In this document: one piece after another, positions 1 through 12,192 of the stretch
How the letters are laid out: each line of letters starts with the position of its first letter
How positions within the stretch are numbered: the stretch's first letter is position 1
Notes under the pieces: generated by a model
Databases searched by the model: none
Told to the model about the DNA's origin: nothing
The model's input: only the letters and a program-made list of their open reading frames with translations
Translations under genes and position numbers: made by a program
Origin: Mustelus asterias
Taxonomy: Eukaryota
DNA: 64,000 bases
Direction of reading: 5' to 3'
NCBI RefSeq assembly: GCF_964213995.1
Contig: NC_135815.1
Span: 2,418,001-2,482,000, forward strand

Positions 1-26
1 TTATTGTTTTCGATATTTCTCAGATA

Positions 27-1606
27 TGTGACGATACTGTGCCTTTTAAAAATGTATTTTAATCATGTTTCTGATCACCCTATTATAGAAAGGATATTAT
101 TAAACTAGAAAGAGTTCAGAAAAGGTTTATGAGGATGCTACCGGGACCTGATGGTTTGAGTTATAAGGAGAGGCTGGATAGACTGGGACTTTTTTCTCTG
201 GAACATGGAAGGCTGAGGGATGATCTTTAGAGACTTATAAAGTAATGAGGGGCATAGATCAGCTAGATAGTCAATATCTTTTCCCAAAGGTAGGGGAGTC
301 TAAAACTGGAGGGCATAGGTTTAAGATGAGAAGGGAGAGATACAAAAGGGTCCAGAGGGACAATTTTTTCACACAGAGGGTGGTGCCAGAGCTAGTAGTA
401 GAGGCGGGTACAATTTTGTCTTTTGAAAAGCGTTTAGACAGTTACAGGATAAGATGGGTACAGAGGGATATGGGCCAAATGCAGGCAATTGGGACAAACT
501 TAAAGGTTTAAAAAAGGGCCAGCATGGACAAGTTGGGCCGAAGGGCCTGTTTCCATGCTGTAAACCTCAATGACTCGATGACTCTATGACCTGTTTTTTA
601 TGTCATGGGCCTGAGCTGTCTGATCCGATGCCCTTTCATTGTTGCTAGAATGATACAATAGGTTTTTTGTTTACCTTTAATTTGGGCCTAATGCAATGTC
701 CTGGGGTGTTATGAGTTTTACAACCCTTTTGAATTGTTGGAGGAAGACTGTTTGAAAAGGTCAGGTGCTTCTGGACATTTTTATTTCACAGGGAAATCCA
801 GACTCTTCACTGTCAGTTTTAGTTAGAAGCTGTTAGGACTACAGACTGCAAGCATTATTTCTCTGTCTGTCCCTGGGATGGGAAATTTAGCTCTTGGGGG
901 TGGCTAGCTAGTAACGAGAGGCAAGGGTTGCCTCTGTTTCCTGAAGTGGTTTGCTGCCTAAATGCTGGCGGCCAGCAGTGGCTGTCTCTCTACCTCGAGG
1001 TCTGCTGGGAGCTCCAGGACAGCGAAGTCAGAGTTTCAATTCTCCATCCAAAGGACTAAGTCACAGCAGGTGTTGTAAAGCTGCAAGACCCAGCATCATG
1101 TGAGCATACTTAATTTCTGTGTTAAACCGAAACTGGGGTGCATGTTGGTAAGAATATTGGCTGGAATTCTCACCGGTGGGATTCTCCGGTCCTGCCGGCA
1201 GCACACACCCGCCCGTGTGTGGCGTGATGACAGAGGGAATTCCCATTGACAGCGGGGGTTCCAGAGAATCCCGCTGCTAGCAAACAACATGCCTCCTCCT
1301 GCCACCGGGAAACACTTGGCTGGGAGGCTGGAGAATCTCACCGATTGTGTTGGAAAAGTTTTTGAAGCTGTTAAGATTTATTCGAGATCATGGTTGTATT
1401 TTTTCCTGTTTGTAATTGGTCAAAGTTATTGCTAATTGTTTCATTATTTGTTGACTGTATTCTGAAATAAACATTGTTTGATAAAAGCTCCCCAGTGGGT
1501 CATTCGAATCATCTTATGCTCACCCTCACGGCAAAATTAAATCTAAAGCCTAAGGTCTAAGCTGACTCCATAAAACACCTTGGAGTTTCTGACCTGGATT
1601 ATAACA
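27..1606 (+). mobile_element. LTR-like dispersed repeat (TGT...ACA) containing a CR1 3' fragment (about 86-590) and a small MITE-like insert (about 1159-1342)
   Basis: The terminus tgtgaygatactgtgccttt and internal motifs recur at about 30957 (+), 19354 (-) and 49696 (-). ORF 245-511 resembles the CR1 ORF2 C-terminus (GGHRFK, FFTQRVV). Confidence 0.55.
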
Positions 1607-3367
1607 CGGATCATTCTTTTATTTTGGTTTCCTGGCCTGTGTGCCAGCTTCTTCCTTTGACTTTATATTCTGTCTCACCTCATACAGCTGCTTAACTTTG
1701 CAAGTGGATATTTTTATTCTCGATGAATATCTATTGCATTGTATTGTGCTGAACATTAATTTCAATACTTCTCAATGTTCTTCTGTAGGTTTATGAATCA
1801 ATAGCTTCGCTCAGCTTCCCAGTTTAACATGTTGACTTCATGCCTCTTTCCTGCAAAGGCAGCCTTACCTCAGTTTCAAAGCTTTGTGTATGAGTGATCC
1901 TTCTCTGTCTCAAACCTAATATCAACTCTCCCATGTTATGATCACGGTTTGCTAAATGTCCCCTTCCAGTCAGATTATCAATTAAACCTGTCTGATTATT
2001 CATTACTAAATCCACACAAACCCCACCCAGACTGACTGGGTGCTGGGAGCACAAACAAGCAACAGGGGCTGAAGCTGGAGACTCTTGGGGAAGGAGCCTG
2101 ACAGATAGTGGGACAAACCCTGAGCCTGGATTGCAGGGCTGAGAGGTCAGTGTGATGCCTCTTCACAGCTCTGAATAAGAAAAGGACTTTTCCCAGCGCA
2201 CACACTGAGTGTATTGGAGAATTCGGATCAAAGTGGGAATTCGCTGCAGAGGGAAAGAGAGGAGCTTTTTCTTTCTAACTTTTTCACCCTTCAGAATGTG
2301 GTCCTGCCCAGCTGCAGGAGTAGAGGCGAGTGATTTGGTGATTTGATGATTTGATGATCTCATGAGTTGGTGATTTATTCATTTGGTGATTTGTTGATTT
2401 GGTGATTCAGTGATTTAGTGATTAGGTGATTTGGTATTTCAGCTGCTGTGAGGCAGCATTGGCAAAATAACAACCATGACACCACAGGAAATTAGTAAAT
2501 TGATTGGCTGATACAGGCTCGGTGTAAGGGGTAGCGTGTGAAAAACCAGCGGCAGGAGTGGCACCGCGCTATGGCAACTCGGATATGTGTGTTCCACTCA
2601 CCTCAAAGTCTCGAGTGAACTGAGATCCATCTTCACATCACTGTTTATCAAACGGCTTTGAGGCTGACATGATTTCCCGCTGGCGTGACACGTCAGCCTG
2701 ATGGGATTTCAGTGAGCAGCTGTTTAATGAGTATTCATGATATGCAAATTAATGGAAATTGTATTCATGCCGCCAGGCAGCAGGGTCACTAACCTGCCAT
2801 AACCCCGTCTTTAGGAGGATTTACAAACTTCTTTAATCCCGGTGGGATTCCGACTTTTTCCTTCCTACTGGATTCTCTGCTCCCGACGTCACCAAACTCT
2901 CCGCGGGCGGGATAGGAGAATTCCACCCAAAATCTTCCAGTGAGATCCAGCACTGACTCACTGCCTGACCTGTATTTCCCTCAATCTGCCTCTCCTGGGA
3001 CCCCCGCTGGCTCCGTGCCCTTTACCAACATGGAAATGCCAGCTGGAGGATCAGGGATTGGCTCCCTCACATTTACCTCTAGTCATAAGTTCATAAGATA
3101 TAGGAGCAGAATTGGGCATTCAGCCCATCGAGTCCGCTCCGCCATTCGATCATGGCTGATATGTTCCTCATCCTCATTTTTCTGCCTTCTCCCCATAACC
3201 CTTCAACCCATTACCAATTAAAAATCTGTCTAACTCCTCCTTAAATTTACTCACTGTCCCAGCATCCACCGCACTTTGGGGTAGCGAATTCCACAGATTC
3301 ACAACCCTTTGGGAGAAGTAGTTTCTCCTCAACTCTCTTTTAAATTTGCTGCCCCTTATCCTAAGAC

Positions 3368-4063
3368 TGAAGTCGGTAAAAATACCTCTTGAGGCTGGTA
3401 TGAGTCAAAACAGAGTAGGCTTTATTCTCACAAGCTTGTGGGAGAACTTGACCCCTTGAAAGCGGAAGCCAAAGTTCTCTCTGAACACAAGAAGCGTGGA
3501 CCTTTATACATCAGGGTTCCCAATACAAGTCATGAAGCAAAGTCCAGTTAACAGTCCTTGATCATAAATTATAGTTCCTTTCACAGCTTCTGATACACTC
3601 TGGTTTATGGTTAGAGACTATCTGGTATCCTTGGGTCATGAAGCGCAATTCTCCTGGTAGTTGGAGTCAAGATGCAACCTCTGGTCCCCCGCTCTTCCCG
3701 CGGCCTTTCCTTTGAAGTGACTGTGTGCGATTGCAGCTGTCCCAGTGGGAGTCCTCCTTCAAACGGCCATTCTCGCACTCTACCATTTGGTAGCTGCTTC
3801 CTTTGTTTAAATCATACACAAGCCTACGGGAAACGTAAGACTTACCACCCAACATTTACATTTAACTGTCTGTTTTATCAGAATGATATAAACAAGCAAG
3901 AGAACCATGAACAAATGGCTTATACTACTACCAGGAGCAATATAAACAAAGGGGAGACTAGCCATAAGGAAGGGTTATGTTTGTGATACATTCCAGGTAC
4001 AAAGTTCAACCTTTTAGGTACAAAATACATTGAGTACAAAAAAAAAACCCTTTCCCTTCTTCA
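3368..4063 (-). mobile_element. Solo LTR (696 bp) inserted in CR1 host A
   Basis: Termini TGAAG...CTTCA, 4-bp TSD AGAC (3364-3367 and 4064-4067), TATAAA (about 3503) followed by AATAAA (about 3421) on the - strand; CR1 sequence resumes exactly across it. Confidence 0.8.
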
Positions 4064-7000
4064 AGACTATGACCTCTTGTCCTAGAATGCCCCACAAGAG
4101 GAAGCATCTGCTCCACATCCACTTTATCCATACCTTTTATCATCTTGTATACCTCAATTTGATCTTCCCTCATTCTTCTAAATTCCAGAGAATATCGGCC
4201 GAAACTGTTCAATCTCTCTTCATACGACAAACCCCTCATCTCTGGAATCAATCCAGTGAATCTCCTCTGAACTGCCTCCAATGCCACTACATCTTTCCTC
4301 AAATACGGGGATCAAAACTGTGCACAATACTTCAGGTGCGGCCTCACCAATGCCTTGTATTGTTGCAGCAATACTTCCTCACCTTTATATTCTATTCCTT
4401 TAGCTATAAATGTTAACATCCCATTTGCTTTCTTTATTGTCTGCTGTAGCTGCATGCTAGTTTTCTGTGACTCATGAACGAGGACACCCAGATCCCTCTG
4501 CACCAGAGCTCCCCAAAGTCTCTCTCCATTTAGATAATAAGTCGCCTTCCCAATTTTTCAACCAAAATACATGACCTCACACTTATCCATCTGCCACATT
4601 TTGGCCCACTCTCCTAACCTATCTACATCCATTTGAAAAGTTCTTATTTCCTCATTGCAACTTACTGTCCTACCTATTTTTGTGTCATCTGCAAATTTGG
4701 CTATAGAGCCTTCTATCCCATCCCTGTATCCAAGTCGTTAATATAGATTCTAAATAGCTGGGGCCCCAGGACTGAACCCTGTGGCAGCCCACCAGGTACT
4801 TCTTGCCATCCAGAAAAAAAACATTTATCCCAACTCTCTGCCTTCTGTCCATCAGCCAATCACCTATCCAAGGTAATAAATTACCCTAATCCCCTGTGAT
4901 CTAACCTTGTGAATTAACCTTTTGTGCGGCACCTTCTCAAATGCCTTCCAGAAGTCCAGATATACTGCATCTACAGCAACCCCATTATCCACTTTGCTTG
5001 TTACATCCTCAAAGAACGCTCGCAAATTAGTCAAACATGATTTGCCTTTCATATAACCATGCTGACTCTGATGGATAGTGTTTTGATTTTCCAAATGTCC
5101 TGATATTGCTTCCTTGATAATTGATTCCAACACTTTCCCAACAACAGATGTTAAACTAACTGGTCTGGCATTTCCGACATTTTGCCTCCCTCCCTTTCTG
5201 AATAAGGGCATTACATTAGCATTTTTCCAATCCATTGGAATCTTTCCTGTGTCCAGGGAATTTTGGAATATTATAACCAATGGATCCACCATCTCTGCCG
5301 CCACTTCCTTTAATACCCTACGATGTTGGCCATCAGGCCTGGGGGACTGAACTGCCCTCAATCCCAATAGTTTGCTGAGTACCTTTTCTTATCAATGTTG
5401 ATCGTTCTAAGTTCTACCCTTTCTATTGCCTCTGACTTGCCTGTTCCTATAGGAATGGTACTGGTGTCCTCCACTGTGAAAACTGAGGCAAAGTATTGAT
5501 TTAGCATCTCTGCCATTTCAGTGTTTCCCACTATTAACTCTCCGGTTTCATCTTCCAAGGGACCAACATTCACCTGAGCGACTCTCTTCCCTTTTATATA
5601 CGTATAGAAGCTTTTAGAACATAGAACATAGAACAGTACAGCACAGAACAGGCCCTTCGGCTCATGATGTTGTGCCGAGCTTTATCTGAAACCAAGATCA
5701 AGCTATCCCACTCCCTATCATCCTGGTGTGCTCCATGTGCCTGTCCAATAACCGCTTAAATGTTCCTCAAGTGTCTGACTCCACTATCACTGCAGGCAGT
5801 CCATTCCACACCCCAACCACTCTCTTAGTAAAGAACCTACCTCGGACATCCTTCCTATATCTCCCACCATGAACCCTATAGTTATGCCCTCTTGTAATAG
5901 CTCCATCCACCCGAGGAAATAATCTTTGAACATTCACTCTATCTATCCCCTTCATCATTTTATAAACCTCTATTAAGTCTCCCCTCAACCTCCTCCGCTC
6001 CAGAGAGAACAGCCCTAGCTCCCTCAACCTTTCCTCATAAGACCTACCCTCCAAACCAGGCAGCATCCTGGTAAATCTCCTTTGCACTCTTTCCAGCGCT
6101 TCCACATCCTTCTTATAGTGAGGTGACCAGAACTGCACACAATATTCCAAATGTGGTCTCACCAAGGTCCTGTACAGTTGCAGCATAACCCCATGGCTCT
6201 TAAACTCCAACCCCCTGTTAATAAAAGCTCACACACTATAGTCCTTCTTCACAGCTCTATCCACTTGAGTGGCAACCTTCAGAGATTTGTGGATATGGAC
6301 CCCAAGATCTCTCTGTTCCTCCAAAGTTTTCAGAACCCTACCGTTGACCCTGTAATCCACATTTAAATTTGTCCTACCAAAATGAATCACCTCACATTTG
6401 TCAGGGTTAACCTCCATCTGCCATTTTTCAGCCCAACTTTGCATCCTATCTATGTCTCTTTGCAGTCTACAACAGCCCTCCACCTCATCCACTACTCCGC
6501 CAATCTTGGTGTCATCAGCAAATCTACTGATCCACCCTTCAGCCCCCTCCTCCAAGTCATTGATAAAAATCACAAAAAGCAGAGGACCAAGCACTGATCC
6601 CTGTGGCACTCCGCTAGCAACTTGCCTCCAGTCCAAAAATTTTCCATCCACCACCACCCTCTGTCTTTGATCAGATATGATGTGGAGATACCGGCGTTGG
6701 ACTGGGGTAAGCACAGTAAGAAGTTTCACAACACCAGGTTAAAGTCCAACAGGTTTATTTGGTAGCAAATACCATAAGCTTTCGGAGCAATGCTCCTTCG
6801 TCAGATGGAGTGGTCTCTGTTCTCAAACAGGGCACAGACACAGAAATCACATTACAGAATACTGATTAGAATGCAAATCTCTACAGCCAGCCAGGTCTTA
6901 AATGCACAGACAATGTGGGTGGAGGGAGCATTCAACACAGGTTAAAGAGATGTGTATTGTCTCCAGACAGTACAGCTTGTGAAATTGTGCAAGTCCAGGA

Positions 7001-7067
7001 GTCAAGCTGTGGGGGTTACTGATAATGTGACATAAATCCAACATCCCGGTTTAGACCGTCCTCATGT

Positions 7068-7607
7068 GTGCGAAACTTGGCTATCAAACATCTTGCCTTC
7101 AAACAACCACGCAACCTCAAACAGACCATTGTCCGCAGCAAACTACCCAGCCTTCAGGAGAACAGTGACCACGACACCACACAACCCTGCCACAGCAACC
7201 TCTGCAAGACGTGCCGGATCATCAACACGGATGCCATCATCTCACGTGAGAACACCATCTACCAGGTACATGGTACCTACTCTTGCAACTCTGCCAACGT
7301 TGTCTACCTGATACGCTGCAAGAAAGGATGTCCCGAGGCATGGTACATTGGGGAAACCATGCAGACGCTACGACAACGGATGAATGAACACCGCTCGACA
7401 ATCACCAGGCAAGACTGTTCTCTTCCTGTGGGGGAGCACTTCAGCAGTCACGGGCATTCAGCCTTGGATCTTCAGGTAAGCGTTCTCCAAGGCGGCCTTC
7501 ACGACACACGACAGCGCAGAGTCACTGAGCAGAAACTGATAGCCAAGTTTCGCACACATGAGGACGGTCTAAACCGGGATGTTGGATTTATGTCACATTA
7601 TCAGTAA
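7068..7607 (+). CDS. GIY-YIG endonuclease domain of the Penelope-like element (C-terminal fragment)
   Basis: NVVYLIRC...WYIGETMQTLRQRMNEH...VGEHF...E...GLN motifs with the upstream CxxC of PLE endonucleases. Confidence 0.88.
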   Translation: MRNLAIKHLAFKQPRNLKQTIVRSKLPSLQENSDHDTTQPCHSNLCKTCRIINTDAIISRENTIYQVHGTYSCNSANVVYLIRCKKGCPEAWYIGETMQTLRQRMNEHRSTITRQDCSLPVGEHFSSHGHSALDLQVSVLQGGLHDTRQRRVTEQKLIAKFRTHEDGLNRDVGFMSHYQ

Positions 7608-7814
7608 CCCCCACAGCTTGACTCCTGGACTTGCACAATTTCACAAGCTGTACTGTCTGGAGACAATACACATCTCTTAAACCAGCGTTGAATGCTCCCT
7701 CCACCCACATTGTCTGTGCATTTAAGACCTGGCTGGCTGTAGAGATTTGCATTCTAATCAGTATTCTGTAATTTGATTTCTGTGTCTGTGCCCTGTTTGA
7801 GAACAGAGACCACT

Positions 7815-7851
7815 CCATCTGACGAAGGAGCATTGCTCCGAAAGCTTATGG
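7815..7851 (+). ncRNA. Minimal hammerhead ribozyme motif in the Penelope pLTR (identical inverted copy at 6772-6808, - strand)
   Basis: CCAT-CTGACGA-A-GGAGC-ATT-GCTCC-GAA-AGCT-T-ATGG: CUGANGA and GAAA core, 5-bp stem II, palindromic AGCT in place of stem III, CCAT/ATGG stem I. PLE-associated minimal hammerheads are established. Confidence 0.7.
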
Positions 7852-10800
7852 TATTTGCTACCAAATAAACCTGTTGGACTTTAACCTGGTGTTGTGAGAC
7901 TTCTTACTTTGATCAGATAGCCGGTTACCTATCCATCGGCCAACTTTCCCTCTATCCCACACCTCCTTACTTTAATCATAAGCCGACCATGGGGGACCTT
8001 ATCAAAGGCCTTACTAAAATCCATGTATGTGACATCAACTGCCCTACCTTCATCAATTCACTTAGTTACCTCCTCAAAAAATTCTATCAAATTTGTGAGG
8101 CACGACTTGCCCTTCACAAATCCGTGCTGACTATCCTGGATTAATCCACATCTTTCTAAATGGTCGTAAATCCCATCCCTAAGGACCTTTTCCATCAACT
8201 TACCAACCACCGAAGTAAGACTAACTGGCCTATAATTACCAGGTAATTTCTATTCCCTTTCTTAAACAGAGGAACAACATTCGCCATTCTCCAGTCCTCT
8301 GGCACCATCCCCGTGGACAGTGAGGACCCAAAGATCAAAGCCAAAGGCTCTGCAATCTCATCCCTTGCCTCCCAAAGAATCCTAGGATATATTTCATCAG
8401 GCCCAGGGGACTTATCGACCTTCAGTTTATTCAAAACTGCTCATACATCCTCCCTCCAAACATCTACCTCCTCCAGCCTATTAGCCTGTAACCCCCTCTC
8501 TTCCTCAAAAACATGGCCCCTCTCCTTGGTGAACACTGAAGAAAAGTATTCATTCATCACCTCGCCTATCTCTACTGACTCCATACACAAGTTCCCACTA
8601 CTGTCCTTGACTGGCCCTAACCTCGCCCTGGTCATTCTTTTATTCCTCACATAAGAGTAAAAAGCCTTGGGGTTTTCCTTGATCTGACCCGCCAAGGACT
8701 TCTCATGCCCCCTCCTAGCTCTCCTAAGCCCCTTTTTCAGCTCATTCCTTGCTAACTTGTAAGCCTCAATCGAGCCATCTGAACTTTGTTTCCTCATCCC
8801 GACATAAGCTTCCCTCTTCCTTTTTACAAGACATTCCACCTCTTTTGTGAACCATGGTTTCCTCACTCGGCCATTTCTTCCCTGCCTGACAGGGACATAC
8901 CTATCAAGAACACACAGTATTTGTTCCTTGAAAAAGTTCCACTTTTCATTAGTGCCTTTCCCTGACAGTTTCTATTCCCATCTTATGCCCCCTAATTCTT
9001 GCCTAATCGCATCATAAGTACCTCTCCCCCAATAATAAATCTTGCCCTTCCGTACGGCCCTATCCCTCTCCATTGCAATAACAAAAGACACCGAATTGTG
9101 GTCACTATCTCCAAAGTGCTCACCCACAACCAAATCTAACACTTTGCCCAGTTCATTTCCCAATACCAAATCCAATGTGGCCCCACCTTTTGTCGGCCTA
9201 TCCACTTATTGTGTCAGGAAACCCTCCTGCACACACTGCACAAAAACTGCCCCATCCGAACTATTTGACCTACAAAGGTTCCAATCAATATTTGGAAAGT
9301 TAAAGTCCCCCATGACAACTACCCTGTGACCCCCACACCTATCCATAATCTGCTTAGCAATTTCTTCCTCCACATCTCTATTACTATTTGGGGGCCTACA
9401 GTAAACTCCTAACAATGTGACCGCTCCTTTCCTATTTCTAACTTCAGCCCATATTACCTCAATATGCAGATGCCCCTCGAAGTGCCTTTCCGCAGCCGTT
9501 AAACTATCCTTGATTAACAATGCTACTCCTCCACCTCTTTTACCAGCTTCCCTGCAATTACTGAAACATCTATACCCCGGAACGTCCAACAACCATTCCT
9601 GTCCTTGTTCGACCCATGTCTCCGTAATGGCCACAACATTGTTTTCCCAAGTACCAATCCACGCCCCAAGTTCATCTACCTTGTTCCGGATGCTCCTTGC
9701 ATTGAAGTAGACACACTTCAACCCACCTTCCTCTCTACTGGTACCCACCCTTGACCTTGATACCTTCCCCAATACCTCATTACCCTCAACACTGACTTCT
9801 GGACTACAACTCCTTTTCCCACCCCCCCTGACAAATTAGTTTAAACCCCCCTGAAGAGCCGTAGCAAATTTCCCTTCCAGGGTATTGGTACCCCTCTGGT
9901 TCAGGTGCATCCCGTCCTGTTTGTACAGGTCCCACCTTCCCCAGAATGTGTTCCAATTATTCACGTATCTGAAACCCTCCCTCCTACACCATCCCTGCAA
10001 CCACATGTTTAACTGCACTCTCTCCCTGTTCCTCAACTCGCTACCACGTGGCACCGGCAACGTACCACAGATGTCCACATGTTTTGTCTTGGCTCTCAGC
10101 TTCCAGCCCAGCTCCCTAAATTCCTGGTTAATCCCCATCCCTTCTCTTACCTATGTCGTTGGTACCAATGTGGACCACGACATGTGACTGTTCCCCCTCC
10201 CCCTTATGAATTCGGAAAACACGGTCCGAGACGTCACGGACCCTGGCATCCGGTCGGCAATATACCATCCGTGAGTCTCTGTTGCTGCCACAGAACCTCC
10301 TATCTATCCCTCTAACTAACGAGTCCCCAATAACTATTGCCCTCCCGCTCTCCCCCTTACCCTCCCGAGCCACAGGGACGGACTCAGTGCTGGAGATCTG
10401 CTTACTGCGGCTCACCACTGGTATGTCGTCCCCCTCAACTGCATCCAAAGCGGAATACTTGTTGCTAAAGGGGAACGACCACAGGGGAACCCTGCACTGA
10501 CTGCTTCCTCCCAGCCCCTCTCACTGTCACCCATCTATTTTCCTTTCCTGGAGTAACTATATCCACAAAGCTTCTGTCTATGGCCACCTCTGCCTCCCTA
10601 ATGATCCTAAGTTCATCCAACTCCAGCTCCAGTTCCCTAACACGGTTTTGGAGGAGCTGCAGATGGGTGCACTTCCCACAGGTGTAATCAGCAGGGACAC
10701 TGACGGCGCCCCTCACCTCAAACATAGTGCAAGAGGAACATAGCACTGCCTTCACACCCATCCCCTCGAGATACCTTGCCAATGCCACTAGCACATAGAG

Positions 10801-12192
10801 TTGCTCCAATGGAACAATGAACTATTTTCCCCCTCATTTCCTTGGAATCCACATGGACTGAACTTAAGATTTGCAATTGAAGAGACAACAAAATGAATTC
10901 AACTTACCCCGCCTCACCCTTTCCGCCAAGCCCTTGTAGCCAAAGCCCTTACAGCTCTCACTCTGCTCCCTGCTTACTCCTCTGCCCGCGACAACGCTGC
11001 CCGCTACAACGCTGCCTGCTCAAAAGTGCGGCCTGCTTTTAAACTCACCAAAAACCTTCCCAAGCCTCTCCTGGGCCTACTTCCGGTTTCGGAAAAAACC
11101 TCCGATTTTAAACACAAAAATCACTGAAAAATAAATAAATAAATCAAGTCGAGAAACAAACTCTCTTACCCTCAGCCTGCTCCTGTGGAACAATGTGGAA
11201 CTTTTATGATCCTTATTGATATTTTGCAATGGTTTTCTTTTGTAATTTAGCATGGCCCTTTTTATTACTTTTTTAGTATCCCTTTATTTATGTTTGAAAG
11301 TTTCCCAATCTTCCAGCCTGCTGCTGGTCTTTGCAAGATGGTATACCTTAGTTTTTGTCTTTATATTGTCCATGACCTCCTTGTTTAGCCATGGATGTTT
11401 TTTACCCCCCTTCCCACCTTTCTTCCTCACTGGGATATGTTTGATTGTGAGGACTTGAGTATCTCCTTAAACAACGGCCACTGCTCATCCACTTTCCAGC
11501 CTTTCAGCCATCCTGCCCACTACTTGGGCCAACTCTGTCCTCATGTCTATGTAATTTCCTTTGTTTAATTCCAGAACGCGAGTGTGAGACTCCACTTTCT
11601 CACCCCCAAACTGGATTTTGAATTCTATCACACTATGGTCACTGCTCCCCAGAGGATCCTTAACTATGAGGTCATCAATTAATCCCTCCTCCCTTCACAA
11701 TACCAAATCCAGAGTCGCCTCCTCCCTGGTTGGTTCCACAACATACTGTTCCAGGAAACAATCTCTAATACATTCAATGAACTCTGCCTCCAGGCTACTT
11801 TTGCCTATTTGATTCTTCCAATCAATATGCATATTAAAATCACCCATGATTATTACCGTGCCTTTCTTGCCCCCAGTATTTCCTGGTTTATACTGTGCCC
11901 CACTGCAGAACTACTGCTTGGGGACATATAGATTACTCCCACCAAGCACTTCTTCCCTTTGCTATTTCTTATTTCTACCCAGACTGATTCCACATCTCGA
12001 TCTCCCGTGCTTATGTCATTTCTCATTACAGCACGGATCCCTTCCTTCACTAGAAAAGCTACACCACCTCCTTTTCCTTTCTGTCTATCTTTCCGAAATG
12101 CTGAGTACCCTTGGACATTCAATTTCCAGACCTGATCTCCTTGTAACCATGTCTCAGTAATTGCCAACAAATCATACCCTTCTGTTCCTATT

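Larger units (their letters stand above)
6678..7906 (+). mobile_element. 5'-truncated Penelope-like element with inverted pLTR, inserted in CR1 B
   Basis: 13-bp TSD CTTTGATCAGATA (6665-6677, 7907-7919); about 6716-7086 is the reverse complement of about 7538-7906; GIY-YIG ORF inside. Confidence 0.92.
5616..11195 (-). mobile_element. Full-length CR1 LINE 'B', ORF1 and ORF2 disrupted
   Basis: (TTCTATG)n tail at about 5616; RT with FADD (ORF 6229-6729); APE endonuclease (9206-9772); ORF1 Zn-finger plus SGNH esterase pieces (9836-10809). Confidence 0.92.
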
